NCBI GenBank assembly: GCA_041500865.1 | Contig: JBGQMY010000003.1 | Coordinates: 1 to 64,000 of the forward strand | Source: Candidatus Micrarchaeia archaeon | GTDB lineage: Archaea > Micrarchaeota > Micrarchaeia > Anstonellales > J096 | Length of the DNA: 64,000 nucleotides | Direction: 5' to 3' | Part shown: positions 18,403 to 26,534 of the stretch, piece by piece | How the letters are laid out: each line of letters begins with the position of its first letter | Position numbering within the stretch: position 1 is the stretch's first letter | The notes under the pieces: model-generated | Seen by the model: only the letters and a program-made list of their open reading frames with translations | Told to the model about the DNA's origin: nothing | Databases searched by the model: none | Translations under genes and position numbers: made by a program

Positions 18403-19488
18403 TCATACGGCTAATTCCTTGGCAAATAGCCTATTGAATCTTTCCACGACTCTTTTCCTGAAATTATAGCTATTTGCAAATCTGGCATAAGCAAGCCAGC
18501 CTTCCAGGCTTTTCACTATTTCTTCCCTGTTCATCTCTCCTTTATCGCATTTCCGTTTGAACATGTCAAGGCGCTCCCAGATTCTTCTGGCATTGCTCTT
18601 CTTGAGAAGCCGGTACCCATGAAAAATCCTGAAGCCAAGAAATGCTATGCCCCGTTCCAATGGAATAATGCTGGACTTTTCAGGATGGAGCCTTATCTTG
18701 AGCCGGTATGCCAGAAACTCGCTTATTTCAGCGTTCCACATTTCAAGCATTTTCCTGTCCCTGTGCAGAATCACGAAATCATCCACATAGCGGATGTAAT
18801 ATCTGGCCCCAAGCCGCTCCTTTGCAAAATGGTCGAATCCGTTCAGGTATAGATTGGCAAAGAATTGCGAGGTCAGGTTTCCAAGGGGCATCCCTTTCCC
18901 ATGAACTTCAGCTTTGTGGTTTGCCAATATCATTCTTACCAATTGCATAATATCCGGATCCTTTATTTTACGGCTAATCATCTCCAATAGGATTTCATGT
19001 TCAACTGTCGCAAAATAATGCAGAATGTCCGCCTTGAGGGCATATCCGCAGCAAACGGATTCTTCATCGCTAGGCTCTTTTTCTGCTTTTGGCTTGCAGA
19101 AAGAGACCGCGCGCATGAACCGCTCCAGTCTCCGTATCGCATTATGCGTTCCCTTGCCTTTCCTGTTGGCAAATGAGTCAAAGATGAAATCCTTTTCAAA
19201 AATGGGCATTATGACGTTGCATAATGCATGGTGCACAACGCGGTCCCTGAAATGGGACGCGCTTATTTTTCTGGTCTTTGGGTCCCTTACGAGGAATACA
19301 GTTGGCGGGCGAGGCGAATAGGCAAATGCCTTCAGCTCGGATTCCAATTGCCTGAGATTATTTTCAAGATTGGATTCGAACTCAATTACATAATCCTTCA
19401 GCGTTTTCCTTTTTCTGGCTTTCTGAAATGCAAGCTTAAGGTTTTCATAGGAGCAAACCTGCGGATAAAGATGCCTGTAGGATTTCAT
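18403..19488 (-). CDS. DGR reverse transcriptase
   Basis: FRDRVVHHAL, KGKGTH, LKADI..YF, GMPLGNLTSQFFANLYL (SQ typical of DGR RTs), YIRYVDDF, FLG; no endonuclease domain. Confidence 0.95.
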   Translation of the reverse strand: MKSYRHLYPQVCSYENLKLAFQKARKRKTLKDYVIEFESNLENNLRQLESELKAFAYSPRPPTVFLVRDPKTRKISASHFRDRVVHHALCNVIMPIFEKDFIFDSFANRKGKGTHNAIRRLERFMRAVSFCKPKAEKEPSDEESVCCGYALKADILHYFATVEHEILLEMISRKIKDPDIMQLVRMILANHKAEVHGKGMPLGNLTSQFFANLYLNGFDHFAKERLGARYYIRYVDDFVILHRDRKMLEMWNAEISEFLAYRLKIRLHPEKSSIIPLERGIAFLGFRIFHGYRLLKKSNARRIWERLDMFKRKCDKGEMNREEIVKSLEGWLAYARFANSYNFRKRVVERFNRLFAKELAV

Positions 19489-19515
19489 GGGTTTCGCCAA
19501 GCGCACAGATAAATG

Positions 19516-19779
19516 CCCCTAGGGTGCAAGCCCAAGTCATTCCGAACGCATTGGACGGCCTGTAGTTCGCGTTGACGTTCTGCCTGTTGTTGCCGTTGTT
19601 GTTGACGTTGCGGACCAGAAGGCCTCAAGAGTAACCCGTCTGCCACAATGGCACTTTCGTGCCAACACCGCCGCTTCACGCTTTCAATCCATGATTTACT
19701 CAATGTCGCGGCTGAATCCCATGTCTGGCTTTAACCAGCACTGCAGACAGGTGTGTGGCCTAGGCTTGCACCCTAGGAA
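19516..19779 (-). ncRNA. predicted DGR template RNA
   Basis: 15-bp perfect inverted repeat 19518-19532/19763-19777, extended by G-U pairs on the minus strand; internal GAAA tetraloop hairpin. Confidence 0.7.
19536..19624 (-). repeat. DGR template repeat (TR)
   Basis: GGCCTTCTGGTCCGC-AAC-GTC-AAC-AAC-AAC-GGC-AAC-AAC...; ungapped match to 20042-20130. Confidence 0.95.
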
Positions 19780-19803
19780 TAGGGAAAAGGATGGAAAGCT
19801 TAT

Positions 19804-20715
19804 TTAAAGCGCTTTCCCTACCGCATCCAGGAATTCCCTGATTGGCGCTACGATCTGGGCGTCGATTATGCCAGGCATCCTGCCAACAGCGCTTACAGCC
19901 CTATTATATGCGGCTTTCAGCTCATCAGCCGAGATGCCGGGCACTTTGATAATCGTCTCTTTTTCAGCCGGTTTTCCTGACTGAACATTAGAGGCAAGAA
20001 GCGCCTGGATTTTTTCGGTGTCCCCTTCGGGGACTTCCAACGCCACCCCGAACGCACCGGACGGCCCGAAGTACGCGTAGACGCCCTGCCTGCCGTAGCC
20101 GAGGTCGTCGACGACGCGGACCAGAAGGCCCACATATGAAGAACCATTCAGCCTCCAAAGATATCTTGCATCCGGGCTTTGCGGCACCTTGTCTCCATGC
20201 GGAACGCCTGTTTCCTTATGCGGCATGTACAAGCCATCAGGACCTGGGAATTCTGGAACCGGTATCAGCCTGTCTTTTGAAATGTCCAAAACCATTGAAT
20301 CTCCGTCTTTCTGGAAATCTTTTGAGGTTAGACCCAGTGCCACAAGCGCAACGTTCTTTTCGCCCTTATAATCCCCTGTTGTCGGCAAAACTATCCTTGA
20401 ACCGTCTCCTGCGGAAAAGACTATCTCCTTTCCCAGTCTAACGCCTGGCTTTTCATAGGCGATTGAGGCGTCAACAGCGAAAGGCGTCATTGGAACCAAG
20501 CTTCTCCATGTCGCTCCAACGTTAAGCGCAACATCCGCTGTGTTATGGGATATGACTAGGCAATTGGTTCCATGCACATTGTTGAATTCCTCAACTAAAG
20601 GATGGGCATCAAAAAGCTTTGTTGTTCCGCTGTTCCTTAGAATCAGTATGTTCTTCTTTTGTCCGTTAGCCTCTAACTTTATCAGTTCCTTTCCAGCAAT
20701 TTGGATTTGTGACAT
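19804..20715 (-). CDS. DGR target protein (303 aa), internal variable region
   Basis: codons ~196-225 (GLLVRVVDDLGYGRQGVYAYFGPSGAFGVA) form the VR. Confidence 0.9.
   Translation of the reverse strand: MSQIQIAGKELIKLEANGQKKNILILRNSGTTKLFDAHPLVEEFNNVHGTNCLVISHNTADVALNVGATWRSLVPMTPFAVDASIAYEKPGVRLGKEIVFSAGDGSRIVLPTTGDYKGEKNVALVALGLTSKDFQKDGDSMVLDISKDRLIPVPEFPGPDGLYMPHKETGVPHGDKVPQSPDARYLWRLNGSSYVGLLVRVVDDLGYGRQGVYAYFGPSGAFGVALEVPEGDTEKIQALLASNVQSGKPAEKETIIKVPGISADELKAAYNRAVSAVGRMPGIIDAQIVAPIREFLDAVGKAL
20020..20034 (-). promoter_or_regulatory. DGR post-VR homing hairpin
   Basis: GTCCCC-GAA-GGGGAC 7 nt 3' of the VR. Confidence 0.75.
20042..20130 (-). repeat. DGR variable repeat (VR)
   Basis: 20 mismatches to TR in 89 nt, all at TR A positions. 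Confidence 0.95.
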
Positions 20716-20824
20716 ACGATATATTGGGAACCAAAGGATTTAAAAAACACACCTTTTAACACAAGATTACACATAGATGCCGCTGTTAGAAAAACTAATA
20801 AACCTACCCCTAACATAAGCCTAT

Positions 20825-21406
20825 ATGTCCAAACCGATAAAGGGAACACAGACGGAAAAGAACCTTCTCAAGGCATTTGCCGGCGAATCCCAGGCAAGGA
20901 ACAGGTACACGTTCTTCGCGTCCGAGGCAAGGAAAGCCAATTATGAGCAGATATCCGCGATATTCCTTGAGACCGCAGAAAACGAGAAGGAGCACGCAAA
21001 AGTATTTTTCAAATACCTGGAAGGCGGGGATACTAAGATAACTGCGACTTATCCTGCAGGAAGGATAGGCACGACCGCGGAGAACCTGCTTGAGGCGGCA
21101 GACGGCGAGAAGCTAGAATGGGGCACGCTATACCCGGAGTTCGAGAAAGTCGCAAGGCAGGAAGGCTTTCCGGACGTTGCAAGCTCGTTCAAGGAGATAG
21201 CCGAAGTCGAGATGCACCACGAGCAGAGGTACAGGGCGCTGCTGGACAACATCAAGACCGGCGCGGTGTTCAAGAGGAAAGGGGACGCCGTGAGGTGGAA
21301 GTGCAGGAACTGCGGCTACATCCACGAAGGGCCCGAGGCGCCAAACCAGTGCCCGGCATGCAAGCATCCGCAGGCGTATTACGAGCTGCTGTGCGACAAC
21401 TTTTAG
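20825..21406 (+). CDS. rbr: rubrerythrin
   Basis: [23 protein letters not shown]-terminal CRNCG...CPAC. Confidence 0.95.
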   Translation: MSKPIKGTQTEKNLLKAFAGESQARNRYTFFASEARKANYEQISAIFLETAENEKEHAKVFFKYLEGGDTKITATYPAGRIGTTAENLLEAADGEKLEWGTLYPEFEKVARQEGFPDVASSFKEIAEVEMHHEQRYRALLDNIKTGAVFKRKGDAVRWKCRNCGYIHEGPEAPNQCPACKHPQAYYELLCDNF

Positions 21407-21411
21407 ATTTT

Positions 21412-21885
21412 TCAGTTTAGCAGGAACACTGCCGCGTTCAGCAGCGCGGCAAAAGACACCCAAGCAATGTAAGGAGCCAGCAAAAGCCCGGCCGTCTTGG
21501 ACACCTTATTGAATTCATTTATCGTCATTGCGATTGAAGCCCAAAGCGCGATGATGCACAAAAGGCCCAGAAGCGGGGAATGCATGCCGAAGAAAAGGAC
21601 AGACCATAAGACGTTAAGGATTAGCTGGACTGCAAATGCCGCCATGGCGCTTTTGGTTTCACGCGTTTTCCGTTCCATGAAAACCAGGTATGCGGCAATG
21701 CCCATCAGGATATATAGGATTGTCCAAACAGGCCCGAAGACCCAATTTGGAGGCGAGAAGAACGGCTTGTTGAGGCCGGCATACCAGCCTGTTATTGAGG
21801 GAAACGTGAAGATTGGGCCGATTGCGCCTGCAATTAAGCAAACAACAACAAAAGCAACGGCGATTGCGGTGTCCCTTGCGTCCAT
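21412..21885 (-). CDS. tspO: TspO/MBR family protein
   Basis: WYAGLNKPFFSPPNWVFGPVWTILY, PYIAWVSFA. Confidence 0.92.
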   Translation of the reverse strand: MDARDTAIAVAFVVVCLIAGAIGPIFTFPSITGWYAGLNKPFFSPPNWVFGPVWTILYILMGIAAYLVFMERKTRETKSAMAAFAVQLILNVLWSVLFFGMHSPLLGLLCIIALWASIAMTINEFNKVSKTAGLLLAPYIAWVSFAALLNAAVFLLN

Positions 21886-21937
21886 GGCTGGCTTTCTGCT
21901 CAGCATTTTAAAATACCTTCCAAACACCATTTGGTAC

Positions 21938-22022
21938 GCAGGGGTTGCCAAGCCCGGTCAAAGGCGCGGGACTTAAGATCCCGTCTCTCAGGAGTTCGTG
22001 GGTTCAAATCCCACCCCCTGCA
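21938..22022 (+). tRNA. tRNA-Leu(TAA)
   Basis: GCAGGGG/CCCCTGC acceptor, CGGGA-CT-TAA-GA-TCCCG, long variable arm. Confidence 0.93.
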
Positions 22023-22152
22023 TTCGCACCGGCTCATGCAGTGGCTGGTTTGGAGCTTCGGCTCCAAATCCCTCCAACCGTCCGCGGTTGAAGGTCCCAC
22101 CCCCTGCATAATTTTTTAAACTGGTTAAACCGAAAGATTCACTGGGGATGCA

Positions 22153-22728
22153 ATGGAACTCACGCTGATGCTTTTTTTGATTGCTGTAATCGTAATCAAC
22201 GCCATCCCCGCATTCATGCCGCCAACGTGGGTATTGCTGGCGTATTATTCCAGGGGCAGCGGCGTGGACCTGCTGGTGCTTGCCGTGCTTGGCGCAGTTT
22301 GCTCGACAATCGGCAGAATCGTGCTTGCCAAGTGGTCCGGCCCGGTCACGTACCGCTTCTTCAGCAAGTCCATGGCCAGAAACGCAGAATTCGCGCATGA
22401 AGAAGCGGCGAAGCATCCGGGCGCGGAATTCGTAAGCTCCTTTGTCTATGCCCTCAGCCCATTGCCGAGCAATACGGTATTCATCGTTACAGGCGCTGCA
22501 AATCTCAGGCTTCTTCCGATTGCAGGGGGCTTTTTTGCAGGGCGCGTAATCTCGTATTACCTGATTATGAATTTGGTGCGCTTTTCAATGTACCAGCTTG
22601 GTAGGATGTTTTCATTCTACGACCCTACCGCATGGGTTCTGGACTTTCTCGGGATTGCGCTCTCCTTGCTGGTCTTCACAATAGACTGGAGGGGCCTGCT
22701 CCAGAGAAAACCCGGAAAAAAAGCTTGA
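22153..22728 (+). CDS. DedA/VTT-like membrane protein
   Basis: PAFMPPTW, LSPLPSN..F, GR motifs; hydrophobic. Confidence 0.7.
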   Translation: MELTLMLFLIAVIVINAIPAFMPPTWVLLAYYSRGSGVDLLVLAVLGAVCSTIGRIVLAKWSGPVTYRFFSKSMARNAEFAHEEAAKHPGAEFVSSFVYALSPLPSNTVFIVTGAANLRLLPIAGGFFAGRVISYYLIMNLVRFSMYQLGRMFSFYDPTAWVLDFLGIALSLLVFTIDWRGLLQRKPGKKA

Positions 22729-22811
22729 GGCTTTTTGACAGGGAAGTTAAGCCGGCAAAGGGCGTCATTACGGCAAACAGCCACAAGGAACTTGTTGAGG
22801 CGCTTGAAAAA

Positions 22812-23867
22812 TCAGGAATTGGACTCAATCAGCGAAACCAGGTTCCGGATTCCGTTCATCTTCTTGCCCGTGCGGTAGAAGACGTCAAGGTTCCGCCTGA
22901 GCCTCCTTGCCTTCTCTATGGCCATTGAAAGGCTGTACTCGTTGAGGCTGGACTGCTCCAGGTATTCGCCGATGCCAAGCTCTTTCACCATCCTGCAGTT
23001 GTTCACCCTCTCCGGATACCTTGGATTTGGGATGCAGACCATGGGCTTGCGCGCCATTATGCTTTCCATTATGCCGGTGTGGCCGCCGTGCAGGACGTTG
23101 AGCATGCTGCCGCCTACGAACTCACGGACGTTTTCAACGTATATCAGGTTGCCCTCGCGCGGCCTGCTGCCGCGCATGATGAAATTGTAGTCCTTCATCC
23201 GCTTCGCGACTTCAGCTATGCCGCTTTCGGTGTTGAAGCCGGCGCCCAGGTTCAGCACGATTGAGCTGTTCTTCACCTTCCTTATGCTTGAAAGGTCCAC
23301 CATCGGGCCAAGGAACTCCGCCGTCTTCGGAAGGTTGTGGTGGATGTTTTTCGCGCATATGGCATAAGGCAAGGGAAAATCCGGAACTGCAACGATGTTG
23401 GAGCTTGAGAACGCGGACGAAAAGAACTTGTCCAGCCCCTTGACAAGCGCCTTCTGCATGCCTGAAAAGAACACGGAGTTGTCCGTGTTGTTTGAAACGA
23501 AGATGACCTTCTTTTTCAGCATGGTTGACAGCATCAGGCCGAACATTGAGGAGTCAATGACAACCAAGTCCGCGCCCTCAATCGCCTTTTTCGCTGTGTC
23601 AATCGTTTTCGGGTCAAAGCGCTTGACGATTTCAGCTATGGAGGCTGTCACGTCCAGGCCCTCCTGGCCGAGCTTTATGTCATACGGCTGCTCGACGTCA
23701 ATAACGTCCACATGGCCCTCCTTCAGGTATTCGGAGCCCTGGCCGTAGCTTAGCACGCTGCCCCCTGTCCTGCTTATGACAGGCAGCATCCTCGCGGCAT
23801 GGCCGTAGCCGAGGCCTTCCACTATAAATGAAACGTTCTTCGGCATGAGAAATTGACCCGTAGCCAT
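22812..23867 (-). CDS. GT-B glycosyltransferase (GT28/MJ1255-like)
   Basis: GLGYGHAAR, HGGHTGIMES, ERVNN. Confidence 0.8.
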   Translation of the reverse strand: MATGQFLMPKNVSFIVEGLGYGHAARMLPVISRTGGSVLSYGQGSEYLKEGHVDVIDVEQPYDIKLGQEGLDVTASIAEIVKRFDPKTIDTAKKAIEGADLVVIDSSMFGLMLSTMLKKKVIFVSNNTDNSVFFSGMQKALVKGLDKFFSSAFSSSNIVAVPDFPLPYAICAKNIHHNLPKTAEFLGPMVDLSSIRKVKNSSIVLNLGAGFNTESGIAEVAKRMKDYNFIMRGSRPREGNLIYVENVREFVGGSMLNVLHGGHTGIMESIMARKPMVCIPNPRYPERVNNCRMVKELGIGEYLEQSSLNEYSLSMAIEKARRLRRNLDVFYRTGKKMNGIRNLVSLIESNS

Positions 23868-23951
23868 GTCTGCCTGGTGTTTTAAAAAGAATTGCGGCAT
23901 CGGATTAGGTTTTTAAATGCTTTACCCAAAATGTCCCTTAGCTGGGCTTGT

Positions 23952-24051
23952 GGGCTCGTAGCTCAGTCGGTAGAGCGACGGTCTTATATGGCGCGTTCTA
24001 GCACAAACCTAAGTTAGCCGTAGGTCCTGGGTTCAAGTCCCAGCGGGCCCA
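23952..24051 (+). tRNA. tRNA-Ile(TAT) with 27-nt intron (23989-24015)
   Basis: GGGCTCG/CGGGCCC acceptor, ACGGT-CT-TAT-A^A-GCCGT, BHB (CTTA/TAAG helix). Confidence 0.88.
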
Positions 24052-24064
24052 CTTTTTCAATTTT

Positions 24065-25072
24065 GTGGTTGCAATGCCGTGCATAAAGGTGGAAAAACTG
24101 AAGGCGGAGAAGGCCATAAGGAGCCTGGCGGCAAAGGGCCTGATTGACATGTCCTTCTCAGTCATGCATGACAAAAGCCACGTTTATATTCCTGTAAAGG
24201 AAAAAATCAGAGGATACGCATACTCAATGAAAAGGCCAAGGCCAAGAAAAGCGGGGCCGCGCAACCTTTCAGAGGCGCTTGGATTGCAGGGCGTGAAAGC
24301 CAAGAACGCGCTGTCCTCGTTTGACCTGCTTGGCAACATTGCGGTCGTGGAGCTGCCGAAAGGCATGGACGCAAAAAAGGCAGCAAAGGCCATCATGTCA
24401 ATCCATAAGAACATAGAGGCAGTTTATGCAAAAAAAGGCGGCATGGAAGGGAAATACCGGGTAAGGAAGTTCAGGCTGATTGGGGGAAAGGGGAAGAGCG
24501 TCGCAAGATACAGGGAAAACGGCGTGGCAATGGAGTTTGACGTAAAAAAGGTGTTCTTCTCGCCAAGGCTTTCAACAGAAAGGAAAAGGGTCGCCGGCCT
24601 TGTAGGAGAAAACGAGAGCGTGCTCGTGCTTTTTGCGGGCGTCGGGCCTTTTGCGCTATGCGTGGCAAAGGAAAGGCCAGCAGCGAAAGTGATAGGCATA
24701 GAGCTTAACGCAGAGGCTGTCAAATGGTTCAAAAGGAACATCAAACTGAACAAGCTGGGCAACGTTGAAGCCGTGCTGGGCGACGTGAAAAAGGAGCTTG
24801 CCAAAAGGGAATATGCGGGATGGGCGGACAGGATTGTCATGCCGCTGCCCAAGGATGCGGAGCGCTTCCTGAAGGATGCAGGAAAGGCGTCAAAAAAGGG
24901 GACAATAATCCATTTCTACACGTTCGTGGACGCGAAAAGGCCGCTGGAGCACGCAAAGGAAAAGATAAAGGCCAATCTGGAAAGGCCTTTCAGGATAATC
25001 CAGGCCAGGAAGGTCAGGGACTACTCGCCAAAAACCGTGCAGGTCGTGGCTGATATAGAGATCCTGGGCTAG
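24065..25072 (+). CDS. Trm5/Tyw2-family tRNA methyltransferase
   Basis: FDLLGNIAV, FFSPRLSTER, FAGVGPF, DRIVMPLP. Confidence 0.88.
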   Translation: MVAMPCIKVEKLKAEKAIRSLAAKGLIDMSFSVMHDKSHVYIPVKEKIRGYAYSMKRPRPRKAGPRNLSEALGLQGVKAKNALSSFDLLGNIAVVELPKGMDAKKAAKAIMSIHKNIEAVYAKKGGMEGKYRVRKFRLIGGKGKSVARYRENGVAMEFDVKKVFFSPRLSTERKRVAGLVGENESVLVLFAGVGPFALCVAKERPAAKVIGIELNAEAVKWFKRNIKLNKLGNVEAVLGDVKKELAKREYAGWADRIVMPLPKDAERFLKDAGKASKKGTIIHFYTFVDAKRPLEHAKEKIKANLERPFRIIQARKVRDYSPKTVQVVADIEILG

Positions 25073-25140
25073 TCTGGCACTGGCACCTTTTGGCTGGCAT
25101 GGGGCTGGGGTGTGCGTTCAAAATGGCAGCAAACGCAAGG

Positions 25141-25251
25141 TTAGAAGGAAAGCGTCACGCCCTTCTTCTTTTCAACCGTTCCCTCGCATCCCATGTCCTC
25201 CAGGTCCTTCATGTCCTTGAGCGTCATGCTTTCTATTGAAATTCTCATCAT
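25141..25251 (-). CDS. putative 36-aa small protein
   Basis: MMRISIESMTLKDMKDLEDMGCEGTVEKKKGVTLSF; GGTGA RBS and TTTATAAA box upstream. Confidence 0.5.
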   Translation of the reverse strand: MMRISIESMTLKDMKDLEDMGCEGTVEKKKGVTLSF

Positions 25252-25345
25252 GGTCACCAATGAATGCTCCGGATTCCTTGTTTATAAAGAAGGGCAGACC
25301 TCATTGCCAGAAGCCCAGGATGATGGGCGCTATGCCGAAATGATA

Positions 25346-26470
25346 CTATTGTTCTTTATTGCCGTCGACCTCTGGATTGCGCAGCGTGGTGTTTCCGTCA
25401 AGCCCGTCTATCTCGACGCTTGCCCTGGTAGACATCCTGGCGCTCACAAAGTCACCCAGCCGCTTCAGCGGCGCCTTTTCGGCGGCTTTGAACATCTCCT
25501 GCTGTATTGCCCCGTCCACCCAGGCGTTTATCTGCTCCCAATCGCCCTTGTCAATTGCCCTGGCGATGGCAGGGGCCTCCTTTTTCACATCGTTGATATA
25601 GCGGCACTTGGCTTCTAATTCAATGACCTTGAACCTTATGAAGGCGAGCCTCTTGTTGACTTCGCCCTCCTCCCACCCCATTATGGACTTTATCTTGTCG
25701 TTCACTGCATTCATTATCTTCCTTATTCTCCTGTTGACGAAGAAGTCCATGAGCTTCCCTGTGGTGAAAAGGACCGTGGAAACGACGAACGCCCCTGTCC
25801 CGAGGACCATGGCCACATTGCTGCTTCCGGCCACTTTCTCAACTACGTCCCTCAGGTTTGACGCGAATGCTGCGGTCGTCACGCCAAGCGAGGCGGATAT
25901 TGCGCTTAGGTACGTCATTATCCTTGGCCAGGACTTTTTTGAAAGGAATTCGTTGGCATAGGCTATGTCCTTTGACTGCTGTTTCTTAAGCACGTCTATC
26001 TCGCAGTCGGCGCTTTCCCTTATGTCTTTTATAGTGTAAAGCTCGCTCATTATCATTGAGTATACCGTTGAGACAAACTTGAAGTCCTTGAGCGCATTGT
26101 ATCCCATGCCGATCAGTTCGTGGTTTATCGTCTCAAGCCCGCAAATCCTCGCGTTTATCTCCTTTAGCGCGTTTGGTATGCTGTCGCAGTTGAACACCTG
26201 GTGGGCTTCTGCCATTATGTTGGATATGAACCACGGCGCATCGTACTTGTCCTTTGCTATTATTGAATTTAATATGATTTTCAGCTTTGTGTCATCGTCT
26301 ATGAGTTTACTTATGACCTGGTTTTCCTCGCACTTGGTGTAAACGCTGAGAAGCACGTCATTGGCATTTTTCTGGAAAACGCTGCGCCTGTCCTTTGCGC
26401 TGAACTTTCTGGTGTACTTTAGCCTTCTGGGCTTTTCCTGAGGGCCCTGGTTTTCTGCCATTTGCGCCAC
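25346..26470 (-). CDS. hypothetical helical protein with two TM segments
   Basis: 374-aa ORF with host-like codon usage. Confidence 0.7.
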   Translation of the reverse strand: MAQMAENQGPQEKPRRLKYTRKFSAKDRRSVFQKNANDVLLSVYTKCEENQVISKLIDDDTKLKIILNSIIAKDKYDAPWFISNIMAEAHQVFNCDSIPNALKEINARICGLETINHELIGMGYNALKDFKFVSTVYSMIMSELYTIKDIRESADCEIDVLKKQQSKDIAYANEFLSKKSWPRIMTYLSAISASLGVTTAAFASNLRDVVEKVAGSSNVAMVLGTGAFVVSTVLFTTGKLMDFFVNRRIRKIMNAVNDKIKSIMGWEEGEVNKRLAFIRFKVIELEAKCRYINDVKKEAPAIARAIDKGDWEQINAWVDGAIQQEMFKAAEKAPLKRLGDFVSARMSTRASVEIDGLDGNTTLRNPEVDGNKEQ

Positions 26471-26534
26471 CTGTGATATATTGTGGTCAATAGGGTATTT
26501 AAATGGAGACTATCCGACGGAAAAAGCCCTTTGC

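Larger units (their letters stand above)
18403..20715 (-). mobile_element. diversity-generating retroelement (target gene - TR RNA - RT)
   Basis: RT plus TR/VR pair differing only at TR adenines plus post-VR hairpin. Confidence 0.95.

Noticed and set aside
18403..19488. RT as group II intron, retron or CRISPR-associated RT
   Set aside because: The SQ motif, absence of maturase/endonuclease extension and the adjacent A-specific TR/VR pair identify a DGR RT.
19485..19703. 72-aa ORF as Avd accessory protein
   Set aside because: It overlaps the TR, its Gln-rich run is an off-frame reading of AAC repeats, it starts at TTG, and it has no four-helix Avd pattern.
22632..22928. 98-aa ORF after the DedA-like gene
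   Set aside because: It overlaps both neighbours; at most a short gene remnant, not supportable.
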